Source: an uncultured Piscirickettsiaceae bacterium (GTDB lineage Bacteria > Pseudomonadota > Gammaproteobacteria > GCF-002020875). From it: DNA of 61,499 nt. Under the pieces are notes generated by a model, which worked only from the letters and a program-made list of their open reading frames with translations, was not told the origin of the DNA and made no database searches. Location: NCBI GenBank assembly GCA_964551545.1, contig CAZKCT010000006.1:1-61499 (forward strand), in the 5' to 3' direction. Shown in pieces: positions 50,254 to 61,445 of the stretch. The first letter of the stretch is position 1; each line of letters begins with the position of its first letter. The translations under genes and the position numbers were made by a program.

Positions 50254-51352
50254 ATGATTGAGATCAATCCCATCTACAACCAGATCAAAGAGCTGCAAGG
50301 GCGTACCGAGTCCCTGAGGGGGTACCTTTGACTATGCTGAAAAGTCTGAACAGTTAATTGAAGTCAATCGGGAGCTGGAGTCTCCCGAGGTCTGGAATGA
50401 GCCGGAGCGGGCGCAGGCGCTGGGGCGCGAGCGTTCGATGCTGGAGAAGGTGGTCAATGGGCTGGATGAGCTGGCCTCTGGTGCCGATGATGCCCGTGAG
50501 CTGTTGGAGATGGCCGAGGCGGAGGATGATGAAGAGACCGTCAACGAGGTGGTCGCCGACCTTGAGAACCTGACCCGGCGCATTGAGACGCTGGAGTTTC
50601 AGCGCATGTTCTCCGGCCAGCAGGATAGCTCCAATGCCTATATCGATATTCAATCTGGCTCGGGTGGTACTGAGGCACAGGACTGGGCCGAGATGCTACT
50701 GCGGATGTACCTGCGTTGGGGAGAGCGAAAGGGGTTTGATGTAGAGTTGATGGAGGCCTCAGCGGGTGAGGTTGCAGGGATCAAGTCGGCAACGGTTCAG
50801 CTCAAGGGGGAGTATGCCTTTGGCTGGTTGCGAACCGAGACGGGTGTGCATCGCCTAGTGCGTAAATCTCCATTCGATTCAGGCAATCGTCGCCACACCT
50901 CCTTCTCTTCGGTCTTTGTCTATCCCGAGGTGAATGAGGATATTGAGGTCGACATCAATCCAGCCGATCTACGGGTTGATACCTACCGTGCACAGGGTGC
51001 GGGCGGTCAGCACGTCAACACCACCGATTCGGCGGTACGCATTACCCATGAGCCCTCAGGAATTGTGGTGCAGTGCCAGAATGAGCGCTCACAGCACAAG
51101 AACAAGGCGACCGCAATGAGCATGCTGAAGGCGAAGCTCTACGAGATGGAGCTGATGAAGCAGAATGAAGAGAAGCAGGCGGCGGAAGATGCCAAGTCCG
51201 ATATCGGATGGGGTAGCCAGATCCGCTCCTACGTGCTCGACCAGTCACGAATCAAGGATCTCCGTACCGGCCATGAGACGGGTAATACCCAGGCGGTGCT
51301 GGACGGGGATCTCGATCCATTTATCGAAGAGAGCCTGAAGTCAGGCCTGTAG
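50254..51352 (+). CDS. prfB: Peptide chain release factor 2 (requires programmed +1 frameshift at 50326-50332)
   Basis: Frame 0 encodes [25 protein letters not shown] and stops at TGA 50329-50331. The +1 frame continues from 50330 with [17 protein letters not shown]... to 51352. SPF and GGQ (AGGQHVN) motifs are present. Confidence 0.93.
50317..50332 (+). promoter_or_regulatory. prfB +1 frameshift site (SD-like AGGGGG + CTT TGA C)
   Basis: AGGGGG TAC CTT TGA C matches the E. coli autoregulatory site AGGGGG TAT CTT TGA C at every position but one. Confidence 0.9.
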
Positions 51353-51366
51353 CAGAAGAGAGACCG

Positions 51367-52869
51367 ATGTCAAAAGAAGAGAGTGTCGCGGTTGATGAGA
51401 ACCGCCTGATTGCTGAACGTCGCCAGAAACTGGATGCACTGCGTGAAGAGGGTAACGCCTTCCCTAACGATTTCCGTCGCAATGTGATGGCGGGTGAGCT
51501 TCATGCCGAGTATGAGTCGATGGATGGCGAGGCGCTGGAGTCGGAAGGAATTCGGGTTGCTGTGGCTGGCCGGATGATGGCGAAGCGGGTGATGGGCAAA
51601 GCCGCCTTTACCCATGTGAAGGACATGAGTGGCAAGATCCAGCTCTTCATCCAGCGCGATGCATTGCCAGAGGGTGTCTATGCCGCCTTCAAGAAGTGGG
51701 ATCTCGGCGACATTATCGGTGCCGAGGGGGTGATGTTTCGCACCAAGACCGGGGAGCTCTCGGTCAAGGTCGATAGTCTGCGCCTGCTGACCAAATCGGT
51801 TCGACCACTGCCGGAGAAGTTCCATGGCCTGACCGATACCGAGGCGCGCTATCGTCAGCGCTATATTGACCTGATCATGAATGATGCCTCACGCGAGGTG
51901 TTCAAGACACGTGTGCAGGTGATTCAGTACATTCGTAATTTCCTCAATGATCGCGGCTTCATGGAGGTGGAGACGCCGATGATGCAGGCGATTCCTGGTG
52001 GCGCGACGGCACGCCCCTTTGCGACTCACCACAACGCACTGGATATGGATCTCTTTTTGCGCATTGCACCGGAGCTCTACCTCAAGCGATTGGTGGTCGG
52101 TGGCTTTGAGCGGGTTTACGAAATTAATAGAAATTTCCGGAATGAGGGGCTCTCCACGCGCCACAATCCCGAGTTCACCATGATCGAGTTCTATGAGGCC
52201 TATGCCGATTACCGTGACCTGATGGATATCACCGAGGCGATGCTGCGCGGGATTACCGAAGAGGTACTGGGCTCAACAGAGGTTCATTATCAGGGTGATA
52301 CGTATGACTTTGGCCGCCCCTTCGCGCGGATGACAGTGAAAGAGTCGATTCTTCACTTCAACTCGGATCTGACTGAAGCGGACCTGGATGATCTCGACAA
52401 AGCGCGTGCAGTGGCCGAGAAGCTGGAGATTCCGCTGAAAGCGTCTTATGGACTGGGCAAGGTGCAGATTGAGATCTTTGAGAAGACCGTGGAGCATCGT
52501 TTGATGCACCCAACATTCATTACCGCCTACCCAACTGAGGTCTCCCCGCTGGCGCGGCGCAGCGATGAAGACCCATTTGTGACCGATCGTTTTGAGTTCT
52601 TTGTGGGGGGGCGTGAGATCGCCAACGGCTTCTCGGAGCTGAATGACTATGAAGATCAGGCGGAGCGTTTCCGTGCCCAGGTTGCAGAGAAGGAGGCCGG
52701 GGATGATGAGGCGATGCACTATGACGAAGATTACGTCACGGCGCTGGAGCACGGAATGCCCCCAACTGCAGGAGAGGGGATTGGTATTGATCGCCTGGTG
52801 ATGCTCTTCACTGACTCACCATCGATTCGTGATGTGCTGCTCTTCCCTCACATGAGACCAGCGGGTTAG
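51367..52869 (+). CDS. lysS: Lysine--tRNA ligase (class II)
   Basis: Class II motifs are present (FMEVETPMM; [11 protein letters not shown]; [11 protein letters not shown]). It is paired with prfB as in E. coli. Confidence 0.96.
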   Translation: MSKEESVAVDENRLIAERRQKLDALREEGNAFPNDFRRNVMAGELHAEYESMDGEALESEGIRVAVAGRMMAKRVMGKAAFTHVKDMSGKIQLFIQRDALPEGVYAAFKKWDLGDIIGAEGVMFRTKTGELSVKVDSLRLLTKSVRPLPEKFHGLTDTEARYRQRYIDLIMNDASREVFKTRVQVIQYIRNFLNDRGFMEVETPMMQAIPGGATARPFATHHNALDMDLFLRIAPELYLKRLVVGGFERVYEINRNFRNEGLSTRHNPEFTMIEFYEAYADYRDLMDITEAMLRGITEEVLGSTEVHYQGDTYDFGRPFARMTVKESILHFNSDLTEADLDDLDKARAVAEKLEIPLKASYGLGKVQIEIFEKTVEHRLMHPTFITAYPTEVSPLARRSDEDPFVTDRFEFFVGGREIANGFSELNDYEDQAERFRAQVAEKEAGDDEAMHYDEDYVTALEHGMPPTAGEGIGIDRLVMLFTDSPSIRDVLLFPHMRPAG

Positions 52870-52877
52870 GGTTAACA

Positions 52878-53408
52878 ATGCCCCCGATTGTTGAACAGAG
52901 TGGGCTCAACTGGGTCGATCTGATTATTCTTGGGATCGTTGTGCTCTCATCTGGAATCAGTCTGTTGCGAGGGTTTTTTAAAGAAGCAATTTCACTCACC
53001 AGTTGGATTATCGCCTTCTGGGTGGCCGTCCGCTTTGCGAGCGAACAGGCGGCACTGTTGGAGCCACTCATTGAGACCCCATCCCTTCGAACTGGTGTCG
53101 CATTTGCTGTATTGATGTTGATCACACTGATTATCGGCTCGCTGGTCAACCATGCGATACAGGGGCTGATCGACTTTACCGGTCTTGGTGGGCTTGATCA
53201 CCTGATGGGAATGGTGTTTGGGGCGGTAAAAGGGGGACTGATTGTGATGGTGCTGGTGACGCTTGCAGGGTTGACTGCGTTGCCTCAGGATCCGTGGTGG
53301 AGGGAATCCATGTTCCTCGTCTATTTTCAAGAAGCCTCTTTCTGGTTACAGAACTATTTTCCAGAACACCTGAGAGGCTATTTTTCGTATTATACTGCCT
53401 CGCTATAG
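52878..53408 (+). CDS. cvpA: Colicin V production protein CvpA family membrane protein
   Basis: N-terminus NWVDLIILGIVVLSSGISLLRGFFKE, followed by four TM segments. The position upstream of purF supports the call. Confidence 0.85.
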   Translation: MPPIVEQSGLNWVDLIILGIVVLSSGISLLRGFFKEAISLTSWIIAFWVAVRFASEQAALLEPLIETPSLRTGVAFAVLMLITLIIGSLVNHAIQGLIDFTGLGGLDHLMGMVFGAVKGGLIVMVLVTLAGLTALPQDPWWRESMFLVYFQEASFWLQNYFPEHLRGYFSYYTASL

Positions 53409-53429
53409 CAGAAGATTGGTTGAACCCCT

Positions 53430-54947
53430 ATGTGTGGAATCATTGGTATCGTATCAAGTGCCCCCGTCAATCAGGCGCTCTATGATGGACTGACGGTATT
53501 GCAGCATCGTGGTCAGGATGCTGCAGGCATCATGACTTGTGACCAGAGCAAGGTCTTTCTCAGAAAGGCCAACGGGCTGGCCAAGGATGTTTTTCATACC
53601 CGTCACATGCTGCGTCTGCAGGGAAACATGGGGATTGGTCATGTTCGCTATCCGACGGCAGGGTGTGCCTCTTCCGCAGAGGCGCAACCCTTCTATGTCA
53701 ACTCACCCCATGGAATCGCACTGGCCCATAACGGGAACCTAACCAATGCGGCACAGATCCGGCGTGACCTCTATTTGGAGGATCTGCGCCATATCAATAC
53801 CGAGTCTGATTCAGAGATCTTGCTGAATGTCTTTGCGCATGAGCTGCAACATATGGGCAAGCTACGGTTGGAAGTGGAAGATGTCTTCTCTGCTGTCGCC
53901 GGAGTGCACCGTCGCTGCGAAGGGGGATACAGTGCTGTGGCACTGGTCACTGGTTATGGTGTGGTCGCCTTCCGTGATCCTTTTGGGATTCGTCCGCTCT
54001 GCATAGGAGAGCGTGAGGATGAGCACGGTCGCAAGGAACATATCGTCGCTTCCGAGAGTGTGGCGATCGATACGCTGGGTTACCGGCTGATTCGTGAGGT
54101 CGATCCAGGTGAGGCGATCTATATCAGTGCAGATGGAGAGATGCACAGTAAACAGTGTGCAGAAAACCCAACACTCTCCCCCTGCATTTTTGAGCATGTC
54201 TATTTTGCCCGTCCGGACTCGATTCTGGATAACGTCCATGTCCACAAGGCACGATTGCGGATGGGGGAACGGTTGGCGACCAAGATTTTACGGGAGTGGC
54301 CCGACCACGATATTGACGTGGTGATTCCGATCCCGGATACCAGCAGAACAGCAGCCTCGCAGCTCGCCTATTCGCTGGATGTGGTTTATCGTGAGGGGTT
54401 CATCAAGAACCGCTATATTGGTCGCACCTTCATTATGCCTGGACAGAAGTTGCGCAAGAAGTCGGTCCGGCAGAAGCTCAACCCACTTGGGCTGGAGTTC
54501 AAGGGGAAGAATGTGCTGCTGGTGGACGACTCCATTGTGCGTGGCACTACCTCGGCCCAGATTATTGAGATGGCTCGCAATGCGGGTGCCAATAAGGTCT
54601 ATTTTGCCTCTGCGGCGCCGCCGGTGCGCTATCCCAATGTCTATGGGATCGATATGCCGGTTGCATCGGAGCTGATTGCTCATGGACGCACGGAAGAAGA
54701 GGTTGCCGAGTGGATTGGCGCCGACCGCCTGATCTTCCAGGATCTACAGGACCTGATTGATGCGGTACAGGAGGGCAATCCGCAGATCCGGCAGTTTGAT
54801 ACCTCTGTGTTTGATGCCAACTATGTCGCCGGAAATATTGATGACGCCTATCTGGACGAGCTTGAGGCAACGCGCTGTGATGCAGAGAAGAGCAATCGTG
54901 ATAGAGAGGATGATGGTGAGGTGCTGGGCGTCTACAACTCGAACTAG
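53430..54947 (+). CDS. purF: Amidophosphoribosyltransferase
   Basis: N-terminal nucleophile MCGIIGI. The PRPP-binding loop is [13 protein letters not shown]. Confidence 0.96.
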   Translation: MCGIIGIVSSAPVNQALYDGLTVLQHRGQDAAGIMTCDQSKVFLRKANGLAKDVFHTRHMLRLQGNMGIGHVRYPTAGCASSAEAQPFYVNSPHGIALAHNGNLTNAAQIRRDLYLEDLRHINTESDSEILLNVFAHELQHMGKLRLEVEDVFSAVAGVHRRCEGGYSAVALVTGYGVVAFRDPFGIRPLCIGEREDEHGRKEHIVASESVAIDTLGYRLIREVDPGEAIYISADGEMHSKQCAENPTLSPCIFEHVYFARPDSILDNVHVHKARLRMGERLATKILREWPDHDIDVVIPIPDTSRTAASQLAYSLDVVYREGFIKNRYIGRTFIMPGQKLRKKSVRQKLNPLGLEFKGKNVLLVDDSIVRGTTSAQIIEMARNAGANKVYFASAAPPVRYPNVYGIDMPVASELIAHGRTEEEVAEWIGADRLIFQDLQDLIDAVQEGNPQIRQFDTSVFDANYVAGNIDDAYLDELEATRCDAEKSNRDREDDGEVLGVYNSN

Positions 54948-54975
54948 AAACATCTTGGAGTGGGGGAGGTAAACG

Positions 54976-56151
54976 ATGATTGATCCGAAGAAGTACGGTT
55001 TCTCCACCCTTGCCGTTCGTGCGGGGCATGAGCGCACCCAAGAAGGGGAGCATGGTGAGCCAATCTTTCCCACCTCCAGTTTTGTCTTTGACTCTGCTGA
55101 GCAGGCTGCCGCCCGCTTCTCAGGAGAGGAAGAGGGAAATATCTACGCTCGCTTCACCAATCCGACCGTCAAGATTTTTGAACAGCGTCTCGCCGCTCTG
55201 GAGGGGGGAGAGCGTGCAGTAGCCACCTCATCAGGAATGGCTGCAATTCTTGCAACTTGTATGGGCGTACTGAAGTCTGGAGACCATATTGTGGTCTCTC
55301 GCAGTGTGTTTGGTACGACTGTTGTGCTCTTCAACCAATTCCTCTCCAAGTTTGGAGTAGATGTGACGTTTGTCTCCCTGACCGACCTTAAGCAGTGGGA
55401 GCAGGCCATTCGACCCAATACCAAGCTCCTGTTTCTGGAGACACCAGCCAACCCCTTAACTCAGATCGGAGATATCCGGGCTCTGGCCGATTTGGCCCAT
55501 CAGCATGGTGCACTATTGGCGGTGGATAATGTTTTCTGCACGCCTGCACTACAGCAGCCGTTGGCGCTGGGGGCGGATATTGTGACTCACTCGGCGACCA
55601 AATATCTGGATGGTCAGGGGCGTGCCGTGGGTGGTGCTGTGGTCGGCTCTGAGGCACTGATTGGCGGGGATGTTTATAGTTTCTTGCGCACTGCGGGACC
55701 GACCATGAGCCCGTTCAATGCATGGATCTTCCTCAAAGGACTAGAGACTTTGAAGTTGCGTATGGAGGCACACACCCGGAATGCCACTGCGCTCGCTGAT
55801 TGGCTGCAGCAGCAGTCTCAGGTGAGTCAGGTCCACTATCCAGGGCTGGAGAGCCATCCCCAGTACGATCTTGCAGCGGCGCAGCAGCAAGGGGCGGGCG
55901 GCATTCTATCCTTTGAGTTGGAAGGGGGAAAAAAGGCGGCCTGGGCGCTGATCAATGCCACAGAGATGATCTCCATTACGGCTAACCTCGGGGATACCAA
56001 GAGCACCATTACCCATCCAGCTACTACCACGCATGGGCGCCTTAGTCTTGAAGAGAAGACGCTGGCGGGGATCAGTGATGGATTGATTCGAGTTGCGGTT
56101 GGACTAGAGGAAATTGAGGATCTGAAGCGGGATCTCGGGCGTGGGCTCTGA
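54976..56151 (+). CDS. metZ: O-succinylhomoserine sulfhydrylase (Cys/Met-metabolism PLP enzyme)
   Basis: PLP-lysine motif HSATKYLDGQGR. cvpA-purF-metZ synteny, as in pseudomonads, supports the call. Confidence 0.8.
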   Translation: MIDPKKYGFSTLAVRAGHERTQEGEHGEPIFPTSSFVFDSAEQAAARFSGEEEGNIYARFTNPTVKIFEQRLAALEGGERAVATSSGMAAILATCMGVLKSGDHIVVSRSVFGTTVVLFNQFLSKFGVDVTFVSLTDLKQWEQAIRPNTKLLFLETPANPLTQIGDIRALADLAHQHGALLAVDNVFCTPALQQPLALGADIVTHSATKYLDGQGRAVGGAVVGSEALIGGDVYSFLRTAGPTMSPFNAWIFLKGLETLKLRMEAHTRNATALADWLQQQSQVSQVHYPGLESHPQYDLAAAQQQGAGGILSFELEGGKKAAWALINATEMISITANLGDTKSTITHPATTTHGRLSLEEKTLAGISDGLIRVAVGLEEIEDLKRDLGRGL

Positions 56152-56989
56152 CCCAAGAGAAAACCTATTCGAAGAGGCAGGCCGAGTGCTTGCGCTCTCT
56201 GATCTGTCGCAGAAATTAATTGAGACGGAGCAGCTCTATCTGCGCTGGAAATCTGACCGGCTCTCTCAAGAGGTGCTCTCTCCACCAGCACCGATCCAAC
56301 AAGAGGCGGGGCGTCCCGAGAAACCGGAGCTGGTGCCACCACGCAAACTGAAGCGGCGACGATTGGGGAGCCCAACCGGACATGCATCAATGATCCATGC
56401 CATCGCCCATATTGAGTTCAATGCGATCAATCTTGCGCTGGATGCAGTCTACCGTTTTCGTGATATGCCTGCGGAGTATTACGATGATTGGCTGCGGATT
56501 GCCGATGAAGAGCGCTACCATTTTCAACTGGTGCAGGGGCGGCTCAATCGATTGGGTTTTGAGTATGGGGACTTTCCTGCTCATAACGGCCTCTGGGAGA
56601 CCGCGCAGCAGACTGCGGAGGATGTGTTGCTACGGATGGGACTGGTCCCACGCATTCTGGAGGCGAGAGGACTTGATGTGAATCCTGGCATTATGGAGAA
56701 GCTGCGAGAGATTGGGGATGAGGAGAGTCAACCGATTCTAGAGGTGATCCTACAAGATGAGGTAGGGCATGTGAAGGCAGGAACCCGCTGGTTCCGTTAT
56801 CTCTGTGAGCAGCGCGACCTAGATGCCGATGAAACCTTTGAAGAGATGGTGAGAGACTATTTGCCACATACCATTCGAGGTCCCTTCTATGAACCGGGCC
56901 GGAGAGCGGCGGGCTTTAGTGACCGAGAGATGAGCTTTCTACAGCAGCTCGACCAGGAGAATCGTGGGATTACCAGCTCTGCTGGCTGA
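56141..56989 (+). CDS. Ferritin-like DUF455 family protein
   Basis: GTG start overlapping metZ by 11 nt. Di-iron-type motifs are present (IAHIEFNAINLALD; DEERYHF; VPRILEARGLDV; DEVGHV). Confidence 0.75.
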   Translation: MGSDPRENLFEEAGRVLALSDLSQKLIETEQLYLRWKSDRLSQEVLSPPAPIQQEAGRPEKPELVPPRKLKRRRLGSPTGHASMIHAIAHIEFNAINLALDAVYRFRDMPAEYYDDWLRIADEERYHFQLVQGRLNRLGFEYGDFPAHNGLWETAQQTAEDVLLRMGLVPRILEARGLDVNPGIMEKLREIGDEESQPILEVILQDEVGHVKAGTRWFRYLCEQRDLDADETFEEMVRDYLPHTIRGPFYEPGRRAAGFSDREMSFLQQLDQENRGITSSAG

Positions 56990-57686
56990 ACGCCCCATTG
57001 CTATAAATCAAGACATTGTCTGTGGAGTCCCAATCTCCAAGTACCATCCGTTGCGCATGCTTCCCATTCAGGTCAAAAGAGTGAATGGCCGGGCGGTGGG
57101 TGTGGCCATGAATCAGTAGGGTGCTGTTTCCGCGTTTCATTAGTGACTCTACAGCGCTCTGTGTCACATCCATGATGGCCATGCTCTTCCGCTGCTTGTC
57201 CATGGTGCTGCGTTGACGCAGCCCTTTCCCAATCTTCCTGCGTACCCCCTGTGAGAGATGACGTAACAGCCATGTTATGACGGGGTGTCGGATCCATGCA
57301 CGGTATCGCTGATAGCTGATGTCCTCCGTGCAGAGTTGATCCCCGTGCGTTAACAGGAGTGGGCCACCGTCCAGCTCAATGGTGTAAGGGTCGCGAATAA
57401 TTTGGGTGCCACTCAGTTGCTCAAAATGCTTTCCAAGAAGGAAGTCGCGATTGCCATGCTGAATGCGGATAGCGATCCCTTTCTGACTCAGTGTCTGTAG
57501 CTGCTGGAGGATGACTTTAAAGGCATCAGGAATCAGATCGTCACCAATCCAGGTCTCGAACAGGTCACCAAGAATATAGAGTGTCTGGTGGTTAGGTGCC
57601 TCTTCCCGGAGGAAGTGCAAAAAGCGCTCGGTGACCTCCGGAGTGGATTCTGAGAGGTGGAGGTCAGCGATGAAGCAGGTGGACAT
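56970..57686 (-). CDS. lpxH: UDP-2,3-diacylglucosamine diphosphatase
   Basis: N-terminus MSTCFIADLHLS (E. coli MATLFIADLHL), plus GDLFE, GNRDF and HGHTH motifs. I prefer the start at 57686 over the track's 57728. Confidence 0.9.
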   Translation of the reverse strand: MSTCFIADLHLSESTPEVTERFLHFLREEAPNHQTLYILGDLFETWIGDDLIPDAFKVILQQLQTLSQKGIAIRIQHGNRDFLLGKHFEQLSGTQIIRDPYTIELDGGPLLLTHGDQLCTEDISYQRYRAWIRHPVITWLLRHLSQGVRRKIGKGLRQRSTMDKQRKSMAIMDVTQSAVESLMKRGNSTLLIHGHTHRPAIHSFDLNGKHAQRMVLGDWDSTDNVLIYSNGAFSQQSW

Positions 57687-57728
57687 CGGCGTGTTGGCCC
57701 GGAGCGTACCCCGGACCATGAGATTCAA

Positions 57729-58226
57729 TTACTCCTGAACCTCAACCTTTTCGATGACGACGTCATCTTTCGGCACATCATCATGGAAGCCACGGCTGTC
57801 CGTCTCGACTTTCTCGATTTCACGGACTACGTCCATCCCTTCTGTGATCTCGCCAAAGACACAGTAGCCCCAGCCATCCTGTCCAGGGTAGTTGAGGAAG
57901 CCATTGCTGTTGGTGTTGATGAAGAACTGCGCGGTTGCAGAGTGGGGGTCCATGGTGCGTGCCATCGCCAGTGTGCCGACGTTATTCTCTAGTCCATTGT
58001 TGGCCTCGTTTTCGATCGGCTCATTGGTCGGTTTCTCTGCCATACCAGGTTCCATGCCGCCACCCTGGACCATGAATCCGGGAATCACACGATGGAAGAT
58101 GGTGCCATCGTAGAAGCCAGCACGGCAGTAGTCGAGGAAGTTCTCTACAGTTTGTGGCGCCTTCTCGGCGTTGAGTTCGATTGTGACCTCTCCGTGTGAG
58201 GTAGTCATCTTGACGATCATGTTCAA
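57729..58226 (-). CDS. ppiB: Peptidyl-prolyl cis-trans isomerase B (cytoplasmic cyclophilin)
   Basis: 165-aa product with [14 protein letters not shown] and no signal peptide. It is adjacent to lpxH and cysS, as in E. coli. Confidence 0.92.
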   Translation of the reverse strand: MNMIVKMTTSHGEVTIELNAEKAPQTVENFLDYCRAGFYDGTIFHRVIPGFMVQGGGMEPGMAEKPTNEPIENEANNGLENNVGTLAMARTMDPHSATAQFFINTNSNGFLNYPGQDGWGYCVFGEITEGMDVVREIEKVETDSRGFHDDVPKDDVVIEKVEVQE

Positions 58227-58256
58227 TGGTTCCTTGCGGTTAAATATTGGAAATTG

Positions 58257-58883
58257 TTATTCAGAGATAATGCGGGCCGACTCGATGATCACCATCTGCT
58301 GTGGGGCATCCTTTCGGAAGGGGCCACCTGCGCCCGTTTCAATTTGCTCGATCTTGCGCACCACCTCAAGCCCCTGGGTCACCTGCCCGAAGACGGTATA
58401 GCCCCAACCGCGTTGGCTTTTCTGGGTATGGTTGAGGAAGCGGTTGTTGGCGGCGTTGATGAAGAACTGAGCGGTCGCTGAGTGTGGGTCACTGGTGCGA
58501 GCCATGGCAATGGTGCCGTGCAGATTCTTGAGGCCGTTGTCTGCCTCGTTGGGGATCATGTCCAGTGTCGGCTTCTTCTCATAGTCGGTGGTGAAACCGC
58601 CGCCCTGAATCATGAATCCGGCAATCACGCGGTGAAAGATGGTGCCGTCATAGTGACCGTTCTTCACATAGGTGAGGAAGTTGGCAACGCTGAAGGGGGC
58701 GCGTTCCCGGTCGAGCTGGATGGTCATGGTGCCTTGATTTGTGGCCAGTTCCACAATGGGCGCGTCTGCTGCAATGGCTGGATTTTTCTCTGTAGCAATG
58801 GCTGGCTCTGTAGGAACAACAGCAAATAGCAGGGCGCCAAGCAGTGCAATGACGGATCCAAAAATAGTCAGATTTTTCTTCAT
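58257..58883 (-). CDS. ppiA: Peptidyl-prolyl cis-trans isomerase A (periplasmic cyclophilin)
   Basis: Signal peptide MKKNLTIFGSVIALLGALLFAV, and FHRVIAGFMIQGGG. Confidence 0.88.
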   Translation of the reverse strand: MKKNLTIFGSVIALLGALLFAVVPTEPAIATEKNPAIAADAPIVELATNQGTMTIQLDRERAPFSVANFLTYVKNGHYDGTIFHRVIAGFMIQGGGFTTDYEKKPTLDMIPNEADNGLKNLHGTIAMARTSDPHSATAQFFINAANNRFLNHTQKSQRGWGYTVFGQVTQGLEVVRKIEQIETGAGGPFRKDAPQQMVIIESARIISE

Positions 58884-59009
58884 GGCTTAGGTCTGGTAAT
58901 CGATTGGGAGGGGAATCATACCATCATGTGATTCCCCTTGAGGAGTGGCGGCTGCGGTATAATTTGGCGCTGTTATTCACCACGTTTAATGACCGAACCC
59001 GGAAAAGTC

Positions 59010-60398
59010 ATGTTGCAGATCTACAATACCCAGAGCCGTTCCAAAGAGGTGTTCAAGCCGATTCACGAGGGAGAGGTCAGCCTCTACGTCTGTGGGATGA
59101 CGGTCTATGACTACTGTCACGTTGGGCATGCCCGAGTGATGGTTTTCTTCGATGTGATGGTGCGCTATCTGCGTGCACGGGGCTGGAAGGTCCACTATGT
59201 GCGTAATATCACCGATATTGATGACAAAATCATCAATCGCGCCAATGAGAATGGCGAGGCATTTACAGTGCTGGTGGACCGTTTTGTTGATGCGCTGCAT
59301 GAGGATTCCGAGGCGTTGGGGATTGCGCCGCCAGACCAAGAGCCTCGTGCAACTCACTCAATGGAGGAGATTTTGTCGATGACGCAACAGTTGATCGACA
59401 ACACCAAGGCCTATGTGGCAGATAATGGCGATGTCTATTGTGATGTCTCCGCGATTGCTGAGTATGGCAAGCTCTCCGGTAAAAATCTGGAGGATCTGCA
59501 GGCGGGTGCGCGAGTTGAGGTTGGTGAGGTGAAACGGGCACCGATGGACTTTGCGTTGTGGAAATCGACTAAGCCCAATGAGCCAAGCTGGGACTCTCCT
59601 TGGGGTAAGGGGCGCCCGGGTTGGCATATCGAGTGTTCGGCCATGTCGACCCAGTGCCTGGGGAACCACTTTGATATTCATGGTGGTGGAATGGATCTGA
59701 TCTTCCCGCACCATGAAAATGAGATTGCGCAATCGGAAGGGGCTACCGGAGAGCACTTCGTCAACTACTGGATGCACGCCGGGTTTGTGCGGGTCGATGA
59801 TGAGAAGATGTCGAAGTCCCTCGGGAACTTCTTCACCATTCGTGAAGTGCTGCAAAAATATCCAGCAGAGGTGGTGCGCTATTTTCTGCTGACCAGCCAC
59901 TACCGCAGCCCACTCAACTATACCGAAGAGAACCTGCAGAATGCGCAGGCGGCCCTGACCCGCTTATACACCGCGTTACGTGGCATTGAGAGCGAAGCGG
60001 TGGAGGCGGTTGCCGATAGTGATTGGGAGCAGCGCTTTGATGTGGCGATGGAGGATGACTTCAATACCCCAGAGGCGCTCTCTGTGCTCTTTGATTTGGT
60101 GCGGGAGGTCAACCGTCTCAATGATAGTGGAGATATCGCAACCGAGGCACATGCCCAGTTGTTGAAAATATTGGGGGAGATTTTGGGGCTGTTGCAGAGT
60201 GACCCCGAGCAGTTCCTCAAGGGTGAGAGTGGGGACGATGGTCTCAGTGATACTGAGATTGAGCAGTTGATTGAGGCGAGAGCAGCGGCCCGTGCCAATA
60301 AGGATTGGGCGGAGTCGGATCGGATCCGTGACCTCTTTGCGGAACAGGGGATTGTGTTGGAGGATGGCGCCAGCGGTACCACCTGGCGTAGAGGATAG
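59010..60398 (+). CDS. cysS: Cysteine--tRNA ligase
   Basis: N-terminus [17 protein letters not shown] (E. coli MLKIFNTLTRQKEEFKP). HIGH-type motif HVGH and the KMSKS motif are present. The track's 24-codon N-terminal extension is rejected. Confidence 0.95.
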   Translation: MLQIYNTQSRSKEVFKPIHEGEVSLYVCGMTVYDYCHVGHARVMVFFDVMVRYLRARGWKVHYVRNITDIDDKIINRANENGEAFTVLVDRFVDALHEDSEALGIAPPDQEPRATHSMEEILSMTQQLIDNTKAYVADNGDVYCDVSAIAEYGKLSGKNLEDLQAGARVEVGEVKRAPMDFALWKSTKPNEPSWDSPWGKGRPGWHIECSAMSTQCLGNHFDIHGGGMDLIFPHHENEIAQSEGATGEHFVNYWMHAGFVRVDDEKMSKSLGNFFTIREVLQKYPAEVVRYFLLTSHYRSPLNYTEENLQNAQAALTRLYTALRGIESEAVEAVADSDWEQRFDVAMEDDFNTPEALSVLFDLVREVNRLNDSGDIATEAHAQLLKILGEILGLLQSDPEQFLKGESGDDGLSDTEIEQLIEARAAARANKDWAESDRIRDLFAEQGIVLEDGASGTTWRRG

Positions 60399-60477
60399 AA
60401 CGTTCCCCTTCCGCCTCTTGGTGGAGGGGGGTTTACTGGCCTTTGGCCGGGGATAAAATCTTTAGCGGTTTGAACGT

Positions 60478-61335
60478 TTAGGCGTTATGAAAAACTTCTG
60501 CTGCCTTTAGTGTGTTCTGCAACAGGGTAGCGATGGTCATCGGACCTACTCCTCCCGGTACAGGAGTAATCCACGAGGCGTGTTGGCAAGCCCCTTCATA
60601 CTCCACATCTCCAGTCAGCGTGCCATCTTCTAGACGATTGATGCCGACATCAATCACCACAGCACCCTTCTGAACCCACTCCCCAGGAATAAAGTTGGGG
60701 ATTCCAACTCCGACGACCAGTACTTCGGCGCGACGCACATGAGCCTCCAGATCAGCGGTCTTGCTGTGGCAGGTGGTTGTGGTGCAGCGGGCGGAGAGCA
60801 GTTCCAGTGTCATCGGGCGCCCCACAATATTGGAGGCACCGACGATCACCGCCTCTTTTCCCTCCAGAGGGATTCCAGTCCGTTCCAGCAGCGTCATCAC
60901 CCCTTTGGGGGTGCAAGAACGCAGTAGCGGCATCTTCAGTGCCAGTCGCCCCATGTTATAAGGATGGAAGCCATCCACATCCTTGTCCGGATGGATGCGC
61001 TCAATCACCGTCTCCGGGTCGATGTGGGACGGGAGAGGAAGCTGTACCAGAATGCCATCGACCGATGGGTCATCATTGAGCTGATCGACCAGCTCCAACA
61101 GGGCTGCCTCAGAGGTCTCTTCGGGGAGCTCATGCTTGAAAGAGAGAATGCCAGCCTTGTCGCAGGCGTTATGCTTATTGCGCACATAGACACTGGAGGC
61201 GGGGTCACTCCCAACCTGAACCACGGCCAACCCCGGCTGGCGGTGGCCGTTTTGCAGGAGCTGGTTGACCTCCTGATGGATCTGTTCCCGAATATCTGCT
61301 GCGATCTTCTTGCCGTCGAGGATTTGTGCGCTCAT
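60478..61335 (-). CDS. folD: Bifunctional methylenetetrahydrofolate dehydrogenase/cyclohydrolase
   Basis: N-terminus ILDGKKIA, plus GRPMTLELL and PGGVGPMT motifs. Confidence 0.95.
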   Translation of the reverse strand: MSAQILDGKKIAADIREQIHQEVNQLLQNGHRQPGLAVVQVGSDPASSVYVRNKHNACDKAGILSFKHELPEETSEAALLELVDQLNDDPSVDGILVQLPLPSHIDPETVIERIHPDKDVDGFHPYNMGRLALKMPLLRSCTPKGVMTLLERTGIPLEGKEAVIVGASNIVGRPMTLELLSARCTTTTCHSKTADLEAHVRRAEVLVVGVGIPNFIPGEWVQKGAVVIDVGINRLEDGTLTGDVEYEGACQHASWITPVPGGVGPMTIATLLQNTLKAAEVFHNA

Positions 61336-61389
61336 CTCTCTGGTTTCTCAAAAATGGATAAAAAAGTTGCGGGATTATAGCACTCGTTA

Positions 61390-61417
61390 TTGACGTGAGA
61401 GATCGGAATGGTATGAT
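61390..61417 (+). promoter_or_regulatory. Candidate sigma-70 promoter for tRNA-Pro
   Basis: TTGACG (61390-61395), a 16-nt spacer, then TATGAT (61412-61417). It ends 28 nt upstream of the tRNA. Confidence 0.5.
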
Positions 61418-61445
61418 TCGCGCTCGCTGATTTTGAATCAGTTGT

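Noticed and set aside
50438-51352. prfB called as a 304-aa ORF starting at ATG 50438, or treated as a pseudogene.
   Set aside because: The upstream frame-0 leader plus the CTT TGA C shift site restore a full-length RF2. This is programmed frameshifting, not gene decay.
58938-59009. N-terminal extensions in the ORF track: cysS from 58938, ftsH from 3998, nusA from 24421, surE from 32495, lpxH to 57728, nuoB from 9923 and pcm from 33235.
   Set aside because: Internal ATGs give N-termini that match the conserved starts of these families (for example [42 protein letters not shown]). The extensions run into upstream genes or have no conserved counterpart.
60405-60432. A bidirectional terminator between cysS and folD (ccccttccgcc...ggtggagggggg).
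   Set aside because: The stem is imperfect, with two mismatches in 11 positions, and it lacks a clear T-tract on either strand. It is plausible but not well enough supported to list as a feature.
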